Shown here piece after piece: positions 54,831 through 64,000 of a stretch of DNA of 64,000 bases (its first letter is position 1; every line of letters begins with the position of its first letter). A model generated the notes under the pieces. That model had not been told where the DNA came from. It ran no database searches and saw only the letters and a list, made by a program, of their open reading frames with translations. This DNA is from an uncultured Pseudomonadota bacterium. Lineage in GTDB: Bacteria; Pseudomonadota; Gammaproteobacteria; Steroidobacterales; Steroidobacteraceae. The position numbers and the translations under genes are program-made. The DNA lies in NCBI GenBank assembly GCA_963703025.1, contig OY969778.1, positions 897,160 through 961,159 on the forward strand, given 5' to 3'.

Positions 54831-56829
54831 CTATCCCTTCAGACAGTTCGCTGATCTGCTTGCCGACATTATCGGCGGTGAACCCGAAATGGGCTAACAC
54901 GTCGGGCCCCTTGCCCGAGGCACCGAAGTGCTCGATGCTCAGGACGCGCCCGCTGAGCCCGACGTAGCGCCACCAGGTCTGCGCCACGGCCGCCTCGACC
55001 GCCAGCCGGCGCGTGACCGAGGGCGGCAGGACGCTCTCGCGGTAGCCGGCATCCTGTGCATCGAAGGCCTCGGTCGAGGGCATCGAGACCAGCCGCACGC
55101 GCCGTCCGGCAGCGTTGGCGGCGTTGACGGCCTCGGCGGCGATGCCAACCTCCGAGCCGGTCGCGATGACCAGGCACTCGGGCGTGCCCGCGCAGTCGAT
55201 CAGGACATAGCCACCGCGGCTGATGTTCGCCAGCTGCTCTTTGCTGCGCGGCTGCTGCACCAGCGGCTGGCGCGTGAGCACCAGCGCGGTCGGGCCCTCG
55301 CGCTCGATGGCGAGCTTCCAGGCAATGGCCGTTTCCGCCGCATCGCAAGGTCGCCACAGGCTCATGTGCGGGATGGCGCGCAGGCTGGCCAGGTGCTCGA
55401 CGGGCTGGTGGGTCGGGCCGTCCTCGCCCAGGCCCACAGAATCGTGCGTGTACACCAGGATCACGCGCGCGTGCATGAGGCAGGCCAGGCGTACCGCGTT
55501 GCGCGCGTAGTCTGAGAACACCAGGAACGTGCCGCCATAGGGGATGAAACCGCCGTGCAGCGCTATCCCGTTCATGATCGCGGTCATGCCGAACTCGCGC
55601 ACGCCGTAGTGGATGTAGTCGCCGTTCTCGTCCGCCGGGGTAATCGTGACGGCACCCTTGAACTGGGTGTTGTTCGAGGGCGTGAGGTCGGCCGAACCGC
55701 CCAGCAGCTCCGGCATGGCCGGCCCCAGTACGTTGAGCACGGCCTGGGAGGACTGGCGCGTGGCCTGCGGGGCAGTCTGCTTCAACAGTTCGTCCATGAG
55801 CTGCTTGACGGTGTCCTGCCAGTTCTGCGGCAGTTTGCCTGCGGTGCGCCGCTGCAGTTCCTGGGCGAGGTCCGGGAACGCCTGGGTGTAGCGGTCCATC
55901 AGTTCCTGCCACCTGGCCTCCACAGCAGCTCCATCCTGGCGATGGTCCCAGGCGGCGCGAATCTCATCGGGGACCACGAACGGGGGGTAGTTCCAGCCGA
56001 GCGCCTTGCGCGCCGCGGCCACCTCCGCGACACCGAGGGCCTCCCCGTGCGCTTCCTTGGTGCCCTGCTTGTCAGGGGCACCGAAACCGATGATCGTCTT
56101 GCAGCAGATCAGCGACGGGCGCTTGTCCTCGGCGCGCGCCGCGCGCAGCGCCTTCTCGACCGAGGCGGCGTCCAGGCCATCGACGTCGGCCACGACGTGC
56201 CACCCGTAGGCGGCAAACCGCTCGGGCGTGTTGTCCGTGAACCAGCCGACCACCTTGCCGTCGATGGAGATGCCGTTGTCATCATAGAAGACGATGAGCT
56301 TGCCCAAGCCCAGCGTGCCACCCAGCGAGCAGGCCTCGTGAGAGATGCCCTCCATCAGGCAACCATCACCGCAGAAGGCATAGGTGTAGTGGTCAATAAC
56401 CTTGAAGCCGGGGCGGTTGAACTCGTTCGCCAGCAGCTTCTCTGCAAGGGCCATCCCGACCGCGTTCGCCAGGCCCTGCCCCAGCGGGCCGGTGGTGGTC
56501 TCGATCCCCATGGCCGGGTCATGTTCGGGGTGGCCCGGGGTCTTGCTGCCCAACTGGCGGAACCCCTGGAGGTCCTCGATCGTCATCGGGTAGCCGGTCA
56601 GATAAAGCAGCGAATACAACAGCATCGAGCCGTGCCCATTGGACAGCAGGAAGCGGTCACGATCGATCCAGCGCGGGTTGGCCGGGTTGTGCCGCAGGAA
56701 GCCCCGCCACAGCACCTGGGCGATGTCTGCCATGCCCATGGGCATGCCCGGATGGCCGGAGTTAGCCTTTTGCACAGCGTCCATGGACAGTGCGCGGATG
56801 GCGTTGGCAAGTTCGCGGGGGGTGCTCAT
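54831..56829 (-). CDS. tkt: Transketolase (about 665 aa); stop codon not in frame in this sequence, so the 3' end is approximate
   Basis: ATG 56829 gives [41 protein letters not shown], then [47 protein letters not shown] and [20 protein letters not shown]. The frame is continuous to ...[18 protein letters not shown] and then reads straight into gap. A TAG at 54831-54833 in the adjacent frame is the likely true stop, given one more indel. Confidence 0.9.
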
Positions 56830-57207
56830 GGGGGCTCTTTTTGAGCGGCCGCGTCGGGCCGCGTTGAAGTACACCGGGGCGTCAGCTGCAGCACGCGCTC
56901 AAGCGCCGCGCGCCATCAGGGGCGCGCATTCTCCCGCAGTCGCGCCCGATGCTCAATGACAGCGGGAAAACACTTCCCGGAAGCTGCGCCACCGGGGCAC
57001 GCAAGGGTTCGAATGTGCCCAAGCTCAAGCCCCTCAGTGCCTTGCGCGGGGAGACTTAGGTTCCCGCGAAGGTACGACTGAGCACGTGCCTGTTTCACAT
57101 TATTGGCGACGCACAGCGGTACCGTGTCAAACCGGTGGCGCGCGACAGGGCATGCGGGGGACGTGGTTCACTGCAGCGGCCAAAAAGCGTCTGCTAACCT
57201 TTCTGCC

Positions 57208-57933
57208 ATGAGCGCCGTACGGCTGACACATTTCACCGATCCGCACCTCTATGGAGACGAGCGGGAAGCCCTGCGCGGCGTGCCGACACTGCCGGCGCTC
57301 AAGGCCGCGCTGGCCCATGCGCAGCGCCGCGACTGGCCTCCCGAGGCGGTCCTGGTAACCGGAGACCTGGTGCAGGATGACCCGGCAGGCTACCGGCACT
57401 TCCGGCGGGTCTTCGGTTCGCTCGGCATGCCGGTACTGTGCCTGCCCGGCAACCATGACGAACCGCGGGCGATGAAGCGTGAGCTTGCCCGCGAGCCGTT
57501 CGTGCTCGGCGGCTTCGTGGACATCGGGCGCTGGCGCATCGTGCTGCTGGATAGCTGCATCCCGGGGGCGGCCAGCGGCGCCCTCAGTGCCGCGGAGCTG
57601 GAGCGACTGGAAGCGGCCCTGTCCGGCGCGGACGGCCGGCACTGCATGGTGTGCCTGCACCATCACCCGGTGCTGATGGCCAGCCGCTGGCTGGACCGGG
57701 TGGGCCTCACCAACGCCGCAGAATTCCTGCACACACTGGATGCGCACCGCAATGTGCGCGCCGTCGTATGGGGCCACGTACACCAGGCCTATGATGGCCT
57801 GCGCAAGGGCGTGCGCTTCCTGGCCACACCCTCGACATGCGCCCAGTTCCTGCCCAATGCAGATGATTTCGCCATCGATCACCGGCCCCCGGCGTTCCGC
57901 ACCCTGGAACTGCGCGCGGACGGATCGCTGTGA
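57208..57933 (+). CDS. cpdA: 3',5'-cyclic-nucleotide phosphodiesterase CpdA-like metallophosphoesterase
   Basis: Calcineurin-like motifs in order: LTHFTDPHLYG (DxH), LVTGDLVQDD (GD), CLPGNHDE (GNHD/E), VCLHHHP and VVWGHVHQ (GHxH). The start is taken at ATG 57208 rather than the upstream ORF-track start. Confidence 0.8.
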   Translation: MSAVRLTHFTDPHLYGDEREALRGVPTLPALKAALAHAQRRDWPPEAVLVTGDLVQDDPAGYRHFRRVFGSLGMPVLCLPGNHDEPRAMKRELAREPFVLGGFVDIGRWRIVLLDSCIPGAASGALSAAELERLEAALSGADGRHCMVCLHHHPVLMASRWLDRVGLTNAAEFLHTLDAHRNVRAVVWGHVHQAYDGLRKGVRFLATPSTCAQFLPNADDFAIDHRPPAFRTLELRADGSL

Positions 57934-57945
57934 AACGGAGGTCGT

Positions 57946-58815
57946 GTGGGTCGAACAGCTTCTCGGTGGTTCCTCGTTCTCGGCCTCCTCGGCTGCCTAG
58001 GCGCCCACGCCGCCGGCCCGGTCTGGGCTATCCACGGCGCCCACAACACCGTTTATCTGGCCGGTTCGGTGCATGTACTGCCGCAGAACGACTCTGCGCT
58101 GCCGGCGGCTTTTGACACCGCCTACAAGGACTCCGCAAAGCTCGTGATGGAGGTCGACCTCGCAAAGCTCGATCCCATGGAGGCGGGCACCTGGATGGCC
58201 GAGCACGGCACGCTGCCCCCAGGTACGCACCTGGACAGCATCGTTGGCGAACGCACCTACGCGCGGGTCAAGGCGCTGGCTGCGCAAGTGGGACTGCCGA
58301 TGATCGCGCTCGACCATCAAACTCCCTGGATGGTAGGCATCGAGATCTCCGAACATGCGTACGAGCAGGCCGGCTACAGCAGCGACCAGGGCGTGGAGGA
58401 GCAATTGCTCGCGCGCGTGCAGGCGGACGGCAAGCCGACTGCGGGCCTGGAAACGATAGCCGAGGAACTCAGTGGCCTGGCCGAACTGTCCCGCGCCGAC
58501 CAGGTGCACATGCTCGAGCAGAGCATGGACGACATCAAGGACCTAGACGCGGAGATGAAGGACATCCTGGCAGCCTGGCGCCGCGGCGATGCGCAGCGCC
58601 TGGGCGCGCTGCTGTCCAGCGAGTACGACTCCTTCCCCGCCCTGTACCGCCCGCTGGTGACGGTGCGCAACGAGCGCTGGGTGCCGCAGATAGAACAGTT
58701 CCTCAAGGGGCCCGACAACGTGATGGTCGTGGTCGGCTCACTGCACCTGGTGGGCAAGGGTGGCCTGCTCGAGCTGCTGCGCAAGGACGGCTACACCGCC
58801 ACGCAGCTGAACTGA
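57946..58815 (+). CDS. TraB/GumN-family protein (exported)
   Basis: Signal peptide WFLVLGLLGCLGAHAAG. Family-typical motifs are VYLAGSVHVLP, ...GLETIAEELS... and VMVVVGSLHLVGKGGLLELLRKDGY. Confidence 0.7.
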   Translation: MGRTASRWFLVLGLLGCLGAHAAGPVWAIHGAHNTVYLAGSVHVLPQNDSALPAAFDTAYKDSAKLVMEVDLAKLDPMEAGTWMAEHGTLPPGTHLDSIVGERTYARVKALAAQVGLPMIALDHQTPWMVGIEISEHAYEQAGYSSDQGVEEQLLARVQADGKPTAGLETIAEELSGLAELSRADQVHMLEQSMDDIKDLDAEMKDILAAWRRGDAQRLGALLSSEYDSFPALYRPLVTVRNERWVPQIEQFLKGPDNVMVVVGSLHLVGKGGLLELLRKDGYTATQLN

Positions 58816-58820
58816 GGCGG

Positions 58821-59705
58821 CTACGCCGCCGGCGCCGCGCGTGCCCGGTAGAGCCGCCACAGCGGCACGGCGAGCAGGAATGTCCAGGCGAGCACCAGCC
58901 AGCCGACAAAGCCGTCGTAGTGGCTGAGCAGGAAGCCCAGGCGCGCACCTGCGCGCGGCAGCGCGAGCTCGTGCACCACCAGCATCACCCAGACCCAACC
59001 GGCGTGCAGGCCGACGCAGGCTGCGATGTTGCCGGTGGCGGTACGCACCAGGCCCAGCAGCACGCCCACGGCAAACAGCGCGATGAATGCATCCGCGTTC
59101 TGCAGTGGCGAGGCAAATGCGTTCAGCGTGCCAGTCACGAGCAACAGCCCGCTGGCCGGTGTCACCTGCCCGGGGGCGATGTGGTAGCTGGCAAAGAAGT
59201 GCGTCGCGGTGAACACGAGCGCGGTCAGCGCGACCGCTGCGCGGGCGCCGGACTCGCGCGCAACGCCCGCATACATGGCCCCACGCAGGCAGCTCTCCTC
59301 GATGAACGCTATCGCCAGTGCGCTGAGCAGTTTCAGCGCCGCGAGCCTGGCGAAGGCACCGGCCGGCAGCGCTGCGGCGCGGCTCCAGTCCAGCAGTCCC
59401 AGCAGTTGCATCACCGCGACGACGCCCAGCATGAGCACGATGCCCAGCCCGGCTGCCAGCGCCATCTCGCGCAGGAAGTCCGCACGCCGCACCCCGTAGC
59501 CGAGGCTGGCACGATCGGCAAGGCCGAGCCGGCGCGCGCCCAGCACGAACCCCACCAGCACCGCGAGCATGCCGATGCGCTCGCCGATGCGGTGGAACGG
59601 GAAATCAAAGTGCGGGTGCAGCAGCAGCCACGCCGGGTAGGTAAAGGCGGCCATCGCCGCCAGTGACAGGCCCATGAGAAAGACGAACCAGGCAAAGACG
59701 CGCAT
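58821..59705 (-). CDS. CPBP-family (CAAX/Abi) intramembrane metalloprotease
   Basis: ATG 59705. It is multi-TM and carries the three CPBP motifs: FIEESCLRG (EExxxR), FTATHF (FxxxH) and GLHAGW (HxxxN/D-like). Confidence 0.7.
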   Translation of the reverse strand: MRVFAWFVFLMGLSLAAMAAFTYPAWLLLHPHFDFPFHRIGERIGMLAVLVGFVLGARRLGLADRASLGYGVRRADFLREMALAAGLGIVLMLGVVAVMQLLGLLDWSRAAALPAGAFARLAALKLLSALAIAFIEESCLRGAMYAGVARESGARAAVALTALVFTATHFFASYHIAPGQVTPASGLLLVTGTLNAFASPLQNADAFIALFAVGVLLGLVRTATGNIAACVGLHAGWVWVMLVVHELALPRAGARLGFLLSHYDGFVGWLVLAWTFLLAVPLWRLYRARAAPAA

Positions 59706-59733
59706 GCCGCCGCCTAGTAGCCGCGGCGGCGAT

Positions 59734-60798
59734 TCACGGTCCCACCAGTGCGCGCCATTGCGCGGCAACCGTCGCCAGGTGAAAGCGCGCGTCGGGCCTG
59801 ACCTGGGGCCGCGAGCCTGCATGCCACTCGCCGATCCGCGTGACGAACGCATCGAACAGCCCACTCGCGCGAGCCAGGCGCGCAGGTGCGCCACGCAGGC
59901 GGCGCGGCAGGATGCGCACCGCGGATTCGTAGCGGCGGTAGGCGGCGGTGAGCGGCAACACCTCACGCGCGTCGCCCAGCACCTCCAGAGCCGCGCCACA
60001 GTCCACCGTCAGGACCGGCGTGCCCAGGGCATGCGACTCGGCGAACACCAGCCCGAAGGTCTCCGGGATGGCGAAGTTCGGGAAGAATGTGCACAGCGCA
60101 CCGCGCACCTCGGCGTGCACGCGCGCCTGGGGCAGCGCGCCCAGGAACTCCACGCCTGCGCCGCGCAAGGCGCGGTCCGCCTTGTAGCCAGGGTTGGCCA
60201 CCACCAGGCGCAGACGCGGCATGGCGGCGCGCAGCGCGCCGAAGGCATCGAGGGTGAAGTCCAGCCCCTTGTTCGGCGATGAAAAGAACACCAGCTTGTC
60301 CGGGTCCACCGGCGTGTTGTCAGGCACCAGCGCATCGTCCACCGGGTTGTAGATCGTGACGGCGCGCACCGGTGCGCTAGCGCCGATGCGTGCCAGGACC
60401 GCCTCCACGCCACGGCGCTGCGAATCCGAGACGCACACGAAGGTCACCGCCAACTCGCGCAGCAGCGCTGCGCTGGGGGCCAGGCGGCGTGCGCGCTTGG
60501 AACCGGGGTTGAGCTGGTCGTGGATCCACAGCAACACCCGTGCCTGCGGAAACAAGGCACGCACCCGCGGCAGTGCGCGTGACTCGCGGATCACCACCAC
60601 GGTGCGGACGCCCTCGAGGCGGCCGGGCGCGCGGTAGCGTCCCGTATCCGTGGTGCGGTTGTGTTGCATCACGTAGGCGCCCAGTGCGTCCGCGATGCGC
60701 GTCACGCTTGCCTCAGTGCCGCCGGTGGCGCGCTCCCTGAGCGTGTCCGTGTCATACGGCTGCTGACAGGCGGGATCAAAGAACAGCAGCGAACTCAT
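59734..60798 (-). CDS. GT-B glycosyltransferase (family 4-like), probable LPS-core or exopolysaccharide enzyme
   Basis: ATG 60798 gives MSSLLFFDPACQQPY. The C-terminal half carries KLVFFSSPNKGLD...LRLVVANPGY... and the ExxxxxxxE motif PETFGLVFAESHALGTPVL. Confidence 0.65.
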   Translation of the reverse strand: MSSLLFFDPACQQPYDTDTLRERATGGTEASVTRIADALGAYVMQHNRTTDTGRYRAPGRLEGVRTVVVIRESRALPRVRALFPQARVLLWIHDQLNPGSKRARRLAPSAALLRELAVTFVCVSDSQRRGVEAVLARIGASAPVRAVTIYNPVDDALVPDNTPVDPDKLVFFSSPNKGLDFTLDAFGALRAAMPRLRLVVANPGYKADRALRGAGVEFLGALPQARVHAEVRGALCTFFPNFAIPETFGLVFAESHALGTPVLTVDCGAALEVLGDAREVLPLTAAYRRYESAVRILPRRLRGAPARLARASGLFDAFVTRIGEWHAGSRPQVRPDARFHLATVAAQWRALVGP

Positions 60799-60828
60799 TC
60801 GCGCTATTCTAAGCGTGATCGTGTCGGG

Positions 60829-61605
60829 ATGGATGGTGCGGTGAGTCCCAGCAAGCTGTCGGCGTGCATCATTACCTTCAACGAGGCGGACCGCATCGAG
60901 GCCTGCCTGCGCTCGCTGGACTTCTGCGACGAGCTGGTCGTGGTGGATTCCCATTCGAGCGACCGCACCCGCGAGCTGGCCGCGGCCGCCGGCGCCCGTG
61001 TCATCGAGCGCGACTGGCCCGGCTACCGCTCGCAGAAGCAGTTCGCGGTGGATGCCGCGCAACATGACTGGGTGCTGTGCCTTGACGCGGATGAGCGCGT
61101 CACCAGCGCGTTGCGCGCCGAGGTCATGGCACTGCGCACCGCCGGGTTCCCCGCGGCTGCCGGCTGGTCAGTGCCGCGGATCACGGACTACTTCGGCAAG
61201 TTCCTGCGCCACGGCAATGCCTACCCCGACCGCCTGGTACGCCTGTTTGATCGGCGGCGCGGCGGCTGGCACGGCATGGAGATCCACGAGAACACGCGCA
61301 TCGACGGGCCGGTGCGGCGCCTGTCGGGACATCTTGAGCATTACTCGTATCGCAGCCTCAGCGATCACCTGAACCGCATGCAGCGCTACGCGGACCTCAT
61401 GGCGCAGGCGCTCTATCGGCGCGGCAAACGCTGCGGCATCGCCCCGGTGATGTTGAACCCGCTATGGCGATTCTTCAGAGGATACCTGCTGCGGCTGGGG
61501 TTTCTGGATGGCTGGCGCGGCCTGGTGTTCGCGCTGGTCGAGGCAAACTACGTGCGCCGCAAGTACCTGGGCCTATTCATCCGCAGCCGCGGGCTGCCGG
61601 GTTGA
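60829..61605 (+). CDS. Family 2 glycosyltransferase (LPS-core type)
   Basis: LSACIITFNEADRIEACLRSLDFCDELVVVDSHSSDRTRELA and WVLCLDADERV (DxD). It resembles the small GT2 enzymes found in LPS core loci. Confidence 0.7.
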   Translation: MDGAVSPSKLSACIITFNEADRIEACLRSLDFCDELVVVDSHSSDRTRELAAAAGARVIERDWPGYRSQKQFAVDAAQHDWVLCLDADERVTSALRAEVMALRTAGFPAAAGWSVPRITDYFGKFLRHGNAYPDRLVRLFDRRRGGWHGMEIHENTRIDGPVRRLSGHLEHYSYRSLSDHLNRMQRYADLMAQALYRRGKRCGIAPVMLNPLWRFFRGYLLRLGFLDGWRGLVFALVEANYVRRKYLGLFIRSRGLPG

Positions 61606-62169
61606 CCAGGCCGCCACCTGGGTCAGGCGCAGCAGCGGGTCATCAAGCTCGAGCAGCTGCAGCTGCTCGCCCGGTTCAAGCGGCAGCACCTCCGCCCAGC
61701 GGTTGGCCACCCAGCCGGCGCTGTCATAGCCCTCATCAATGTGGGCATAGGCGCGGCCGAGCTTGGGCAGCACGTCACGCAGCAGGTCGGCCAGGTGCGC
61801 AAGCTCGATCGGCAACGGGCAGTGGGTTTCGGGTGCCAGGAACTCGACCTCTCCCACGTTCAGCCCGTCGCCCTGCTGGCTGCGGCCGTGCAGCCTGAAG
61901 CGCCGCGCGCCGAGGCAGGTAATGCCAAGCAGTCCATCCGGGAGCGGATCGAAGTCCACCAGCCGCGCGGTGGTGCCGATGCTGGCAATCGTGCCCGCGG
62001 CGCCTGTCTCCTCGCCCTCGATGATCAGCACGACGCCAAACTCCCCCTGCTCCCTGAAGCAGCGCCGCACCATGTCCACGTAGCGTGGCTCGAAGATGCG
62101 CAGCGCCAGCGGGCCGCCCGGAAACAGCACGGCGTGCAGCGGGAACAGCGGTAGCGTGCTGAATGCCAT
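61573..62169 (-). CDS. Stand-alone LON N-terminal (substrate-binding) domain protein
   Basis: MAFSTLPLFPLHAVLFPGGPLALRIFEPRYVDMVRRC...FGVVLI...IGTTARLVDFDPLPDGLLGITCLGARRFRL. No AAA or protease domain follows (198 aa). Confidence 0.75.
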   Translation of the reverse strand: MAFSTLPLFPLHAVLFPGGPLALRIFEPRYVDMVRRCFREQGEFGVVLIIEGEETGAAGTIASIGTTARLVDFDPLPDGLLGITCLGARRFRLHGRSQQGDGLNVGEVEFLAPETHCPLPIELAHLADLLRDVLPKLGRAYAHIDEGYDSAGWVANRWAEVLPLEPGEQLQLLELDDPLLRLTQVAAWSTRQPAAADE

Positions 62170-62172
62170 GGC

Positions 62173-63540
62173 CTAGGCGGCCGCGCCCAGGGCCGCAAGC
62201 AGCTTGCCGTGCAGACCGCCGAAGCCCCCGTTGCTCATGACCAGCACGTGGTCCCCGGCACGCGCGGCCGCGGCAAGCTCGCCGGCCAGCGCATCCACCT
62301 CGCCGCTGACATGCCCGCGCGCACCCAGCGCACCTGCAACCGAGCCGATGTCCCACCCCAGATCCGGCGGTGCGTACAGCCAGACCTGGTCGGCACCGGC
62401 GAGCGAGGGCGCCAGGGTCTGCTGGTGCACGCCCATGCGCATGGTGTGCGAGCGCGGCTCGAGCACGGCGATCAGGCGCGCCTTGCCGATGCGCTTGCGC
62501 AGGCCATCGATGGTGGTGGCGATGGCGGTCGGGTGGTGCGCGAAGTCGTCATAGACGCGCACGCCACGCACCTCGCCGCGCAGCTGCATGCGCCGCGCAA
62601 TCCCTTGGAACTGCGCGAGCGCCGCGATCGACTGCGGTACGTCCACCCCGGCGTGGCGCGCGGCGGCGATCGCCGCGAGGGCGTTTTCCATGTTGTGGGC
62701 ACCGATCAGCGACCATTCGACCGTGCCACGCGGCCGCTCGCCCTCGAACACCTCGAAACTCGAGAAATCCGCATTGCCCCGGGCAGTCCACAGGGCATCC
62801 GGGCGCACCGCACGCGCGAACCCCTCCAGCGGGGTCCAGCAACCCATCTGCAGTGTCTCCTTGAGCAACGGGTCAGCCGCGTTCCAGACGATGCGCCCGC
62901 TTGCGGGCACGGTGCGCACGAGGTGGTGGAACTGGCGCTGGATGGAGCCGATGTCAGGGTAGATGTCCGCGTGGTCGAACTCGAGGTTGTTCAGCACGAC
63001 GGTGCGCGGCCGGTAGTGCACGAACTTGGCGCGCTTGTCGAAGAAAGCCGTGTCGTACTCGTCCGCCTCGATGACAAAGAACGGGGCATCGCCCAAGCGT
63101 GCGCTCAGGCCGAAGTTAGCCGGCACCCCACCGATCAGAAACCCGGGGCTGAGCCCGGCGTGTTCCAGGATCCACGCCAGCAGCGAGGAAGTGGTGGTCT
63201 TGCCGTGGGTGCCGGCGACCGCCAGCACCCAGCGGTTCTTGAGGACCTCGCGGGCCAGCCATTCCGGCCCCGACACGTAGGGGATGCCGCTTTCGAGCAG
63301 TGCCTCGACGACCGGCTGGCCACGCGTCATGACGTTGCCAACGATCACCACGTCCGGCGCCGGCTGCAGCTGCGCCGCATCGAAACCCTCGATGACCTGG
63401 ATTCCCAGGGCTTCCAGCTGCGTGCTCATGGGTGGGTAGACGTTGCGGTCGGAGCCGGTCACGCGGAATCCGGCAGCGCGCGCGATGGCGGCAACCCCGC
63501 CCATGAATGTGCCGCAGATCCCCAGGACATGTACGTGCAT
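62173..63540 (-). CDS. mpl: UDP-N-acetylmuramate:L-alanyl-gamma-D-glutamyl-meso-diaminopimelate ligase (murein peptide recycling)
   Basis: MHVHVLGICGTFMGGVAAIARAAGFRVTGSDRNVYPPMSTQLEALGI, VAGTHGKTTTSSLLAWILE (P-loop) and FVIEADEYDTAFFDKRAKFVHY. 455 aa, intact. Confidence 0.9.
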   Translation of the reverse strand: MHVHVLGICGTFMGGVAAIARAAGFRVTGSDRNVYPPMSTQLEALGIQVIEGFDAAQLQPAPDVVIVGNVMTRGQPVVEALLESGIPYVSGPEWLAREVLKNRWVLAVAGTHGKTTTSSLLAWILEHAGLSPGFLIGGVPANFGLSARLGDAPFFVIEADEYDTAFFDKRAKFVHYRPRTVVLNNLEFDHADIYPDIGSIQRQFHHLVRTVPASGRIVWNAADPLLKETLQMGCWTPLEGFARAVRPDALWTARGNADFSSFEVFEGERPRGTVEWSLIGAHNMENALAAIAAARHAGVDVPQSIAALAQFQGIARRMQLRGEVRGVRVYDDFAHHPTAIATTIDGLRKRIGKARLIAVLEPRSHTMRMGVHQQTLAPSLAGADQVWLYAPPDLGWDIGSVAGALGARGHVSGEVDALAGELAAAARAGDHVLVMSNGGFGGLHGKLLAALGAAA

Positions 63541-63548
63541 GGTTCAGT

Positions 63549-64000
63549 TCAGCTCTTGACGGGGACGAGTATCGACATCTGCAGCAGTTGGTCGGCGAAG
63601 GTCTGCACGATCACCAGCGCGGCGCTGGCCGTGAAGGACCACTCGAGTGCCGCGCTGATGATGCGCGCATTGACTGCCACCACCCAGACCAGCACCAAAG
63701 TCCAGATCAGCGCGAGCGGCCCTTCCCAGGCCGGACTGCCCTGGAACTGCTGCGCCAGCCACTGCCATGGTACCAGCAGCGGCGCCAGCACTATCTGGTA
63801 GCCGAACACCGCAGTGGTGGTCTGCAGCGTGCGCTCGCGGCGACCTGCAACCCTTAGCAGCAGCGCAGTCCACAGCAGCGTGAAGCCGACATCGACCAGA
63901 AGCAGCGCCGGCCAGTTGCGCGCTGGTGGAAAGATGCTGCTGATCACGCTGTTGACCCCCACGTAGGCGGCAACGGTCACGCGTGAGCAGCAAACCCGAC
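63549..64000 (-). CDS. Integral membrane protein of unknown function (possibly Yip1-like); may be 5'-truncated by the window end
   Basis: Four hydrophobic segments are present (e.g. ALLLVDVGFTLLWTALLL, VFGYQIVLAPLLVPW, LALIWTLVLVWVVAV, FTASAALVIVQTF). The frame stays open upstream of the first start codon (63980) to the window edge. Confidence 0.45.
   Translation of the reverse strand, partial: RVCCSRVTVAAYVGVNSVISSIFPPARNWPALLLVDVGFTLLWTALLLRVAGRRERTLQTTTAVFGYQIVLAPLLVPWQWLAQQFQGSPAWEGPLALIWTLVLVWVVAVNARIISAALEWSFTASAALVIVQTFADQLLQMSILVPVKS

Noticed and set aside
57005-57014. GGGTTCGAAT, resembling a tRNA T-loop, in the tkt-cpdA intergenic region.
   Set aside because: The flanking bases do not form a T-stem (AAGGG versus GTGCC). 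No acceptor, D or anticodon arms can be drawn.

Overview
High-GC (about two-thirds G+C by eye, not computed) gammaproteobacterial chromosome segment. Gene order resembles Xanthomonadales/Lysobacterales. No database search or computation was possible, so all calls rest on reading the ORF track, motifs and synteny.

Most of the window is housekeeping, in this order:
- dcw cell-wall/division cluster (ftsW-murD-mraY-murF-murE-ftsI-ftsL-rsmH-mraZ, minus strand), with a recognisable Pmra promoter and MraZ operator
- lpoA/rsmI divergent pair, then RNase P RNA
- secreted amidohydrolase, sspAB and cytochrome bc1 (petABC)
- DegS/AlgW-like protease and pgl
- a ~14 kb accessory cluster (below)
- zwf-gnd and murA-ibaG
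- kdsD-kdsC-lptCAB-rpoN-hpf-rapZ
- patatin, VWA, MoxR-AAA and an S45 acylase
- pyk-pgk-gap-tkt
- cpdA, a TraB/GumN protein, a CPBP protease, two LPS-type glycosyltransferases, a LON-N-domain protein, mpl and a membrane protein

The main lead is the intact ~14 kb block at 20.6-34.7 kb, centred on a TonB-dependent receptor. It encodes:
- three paralogous TPR-sulfotransferases
- two tandem 2OG-oxygenase-like proteins
- a TPR-Asp/Asn beta-hydroxylase-family protein, translationally coupled to a small exported protein
- a TPR-GT9-like glycosyltransferase

I know of no characterised pathway with this gene set.

Major caveat: many conserved genes are broken by 1-nt indels, two of which were traced to G/C homopolymer runs. 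The breaks occur in a patchy, non-random pattern. I read them as sequence errors rather than gene decay. These loci are typed pseudogene only because the frame is interrupted in the sequence as given.

No tRNA, rRNA, CRISPR array, transposase or integrase was recognised.
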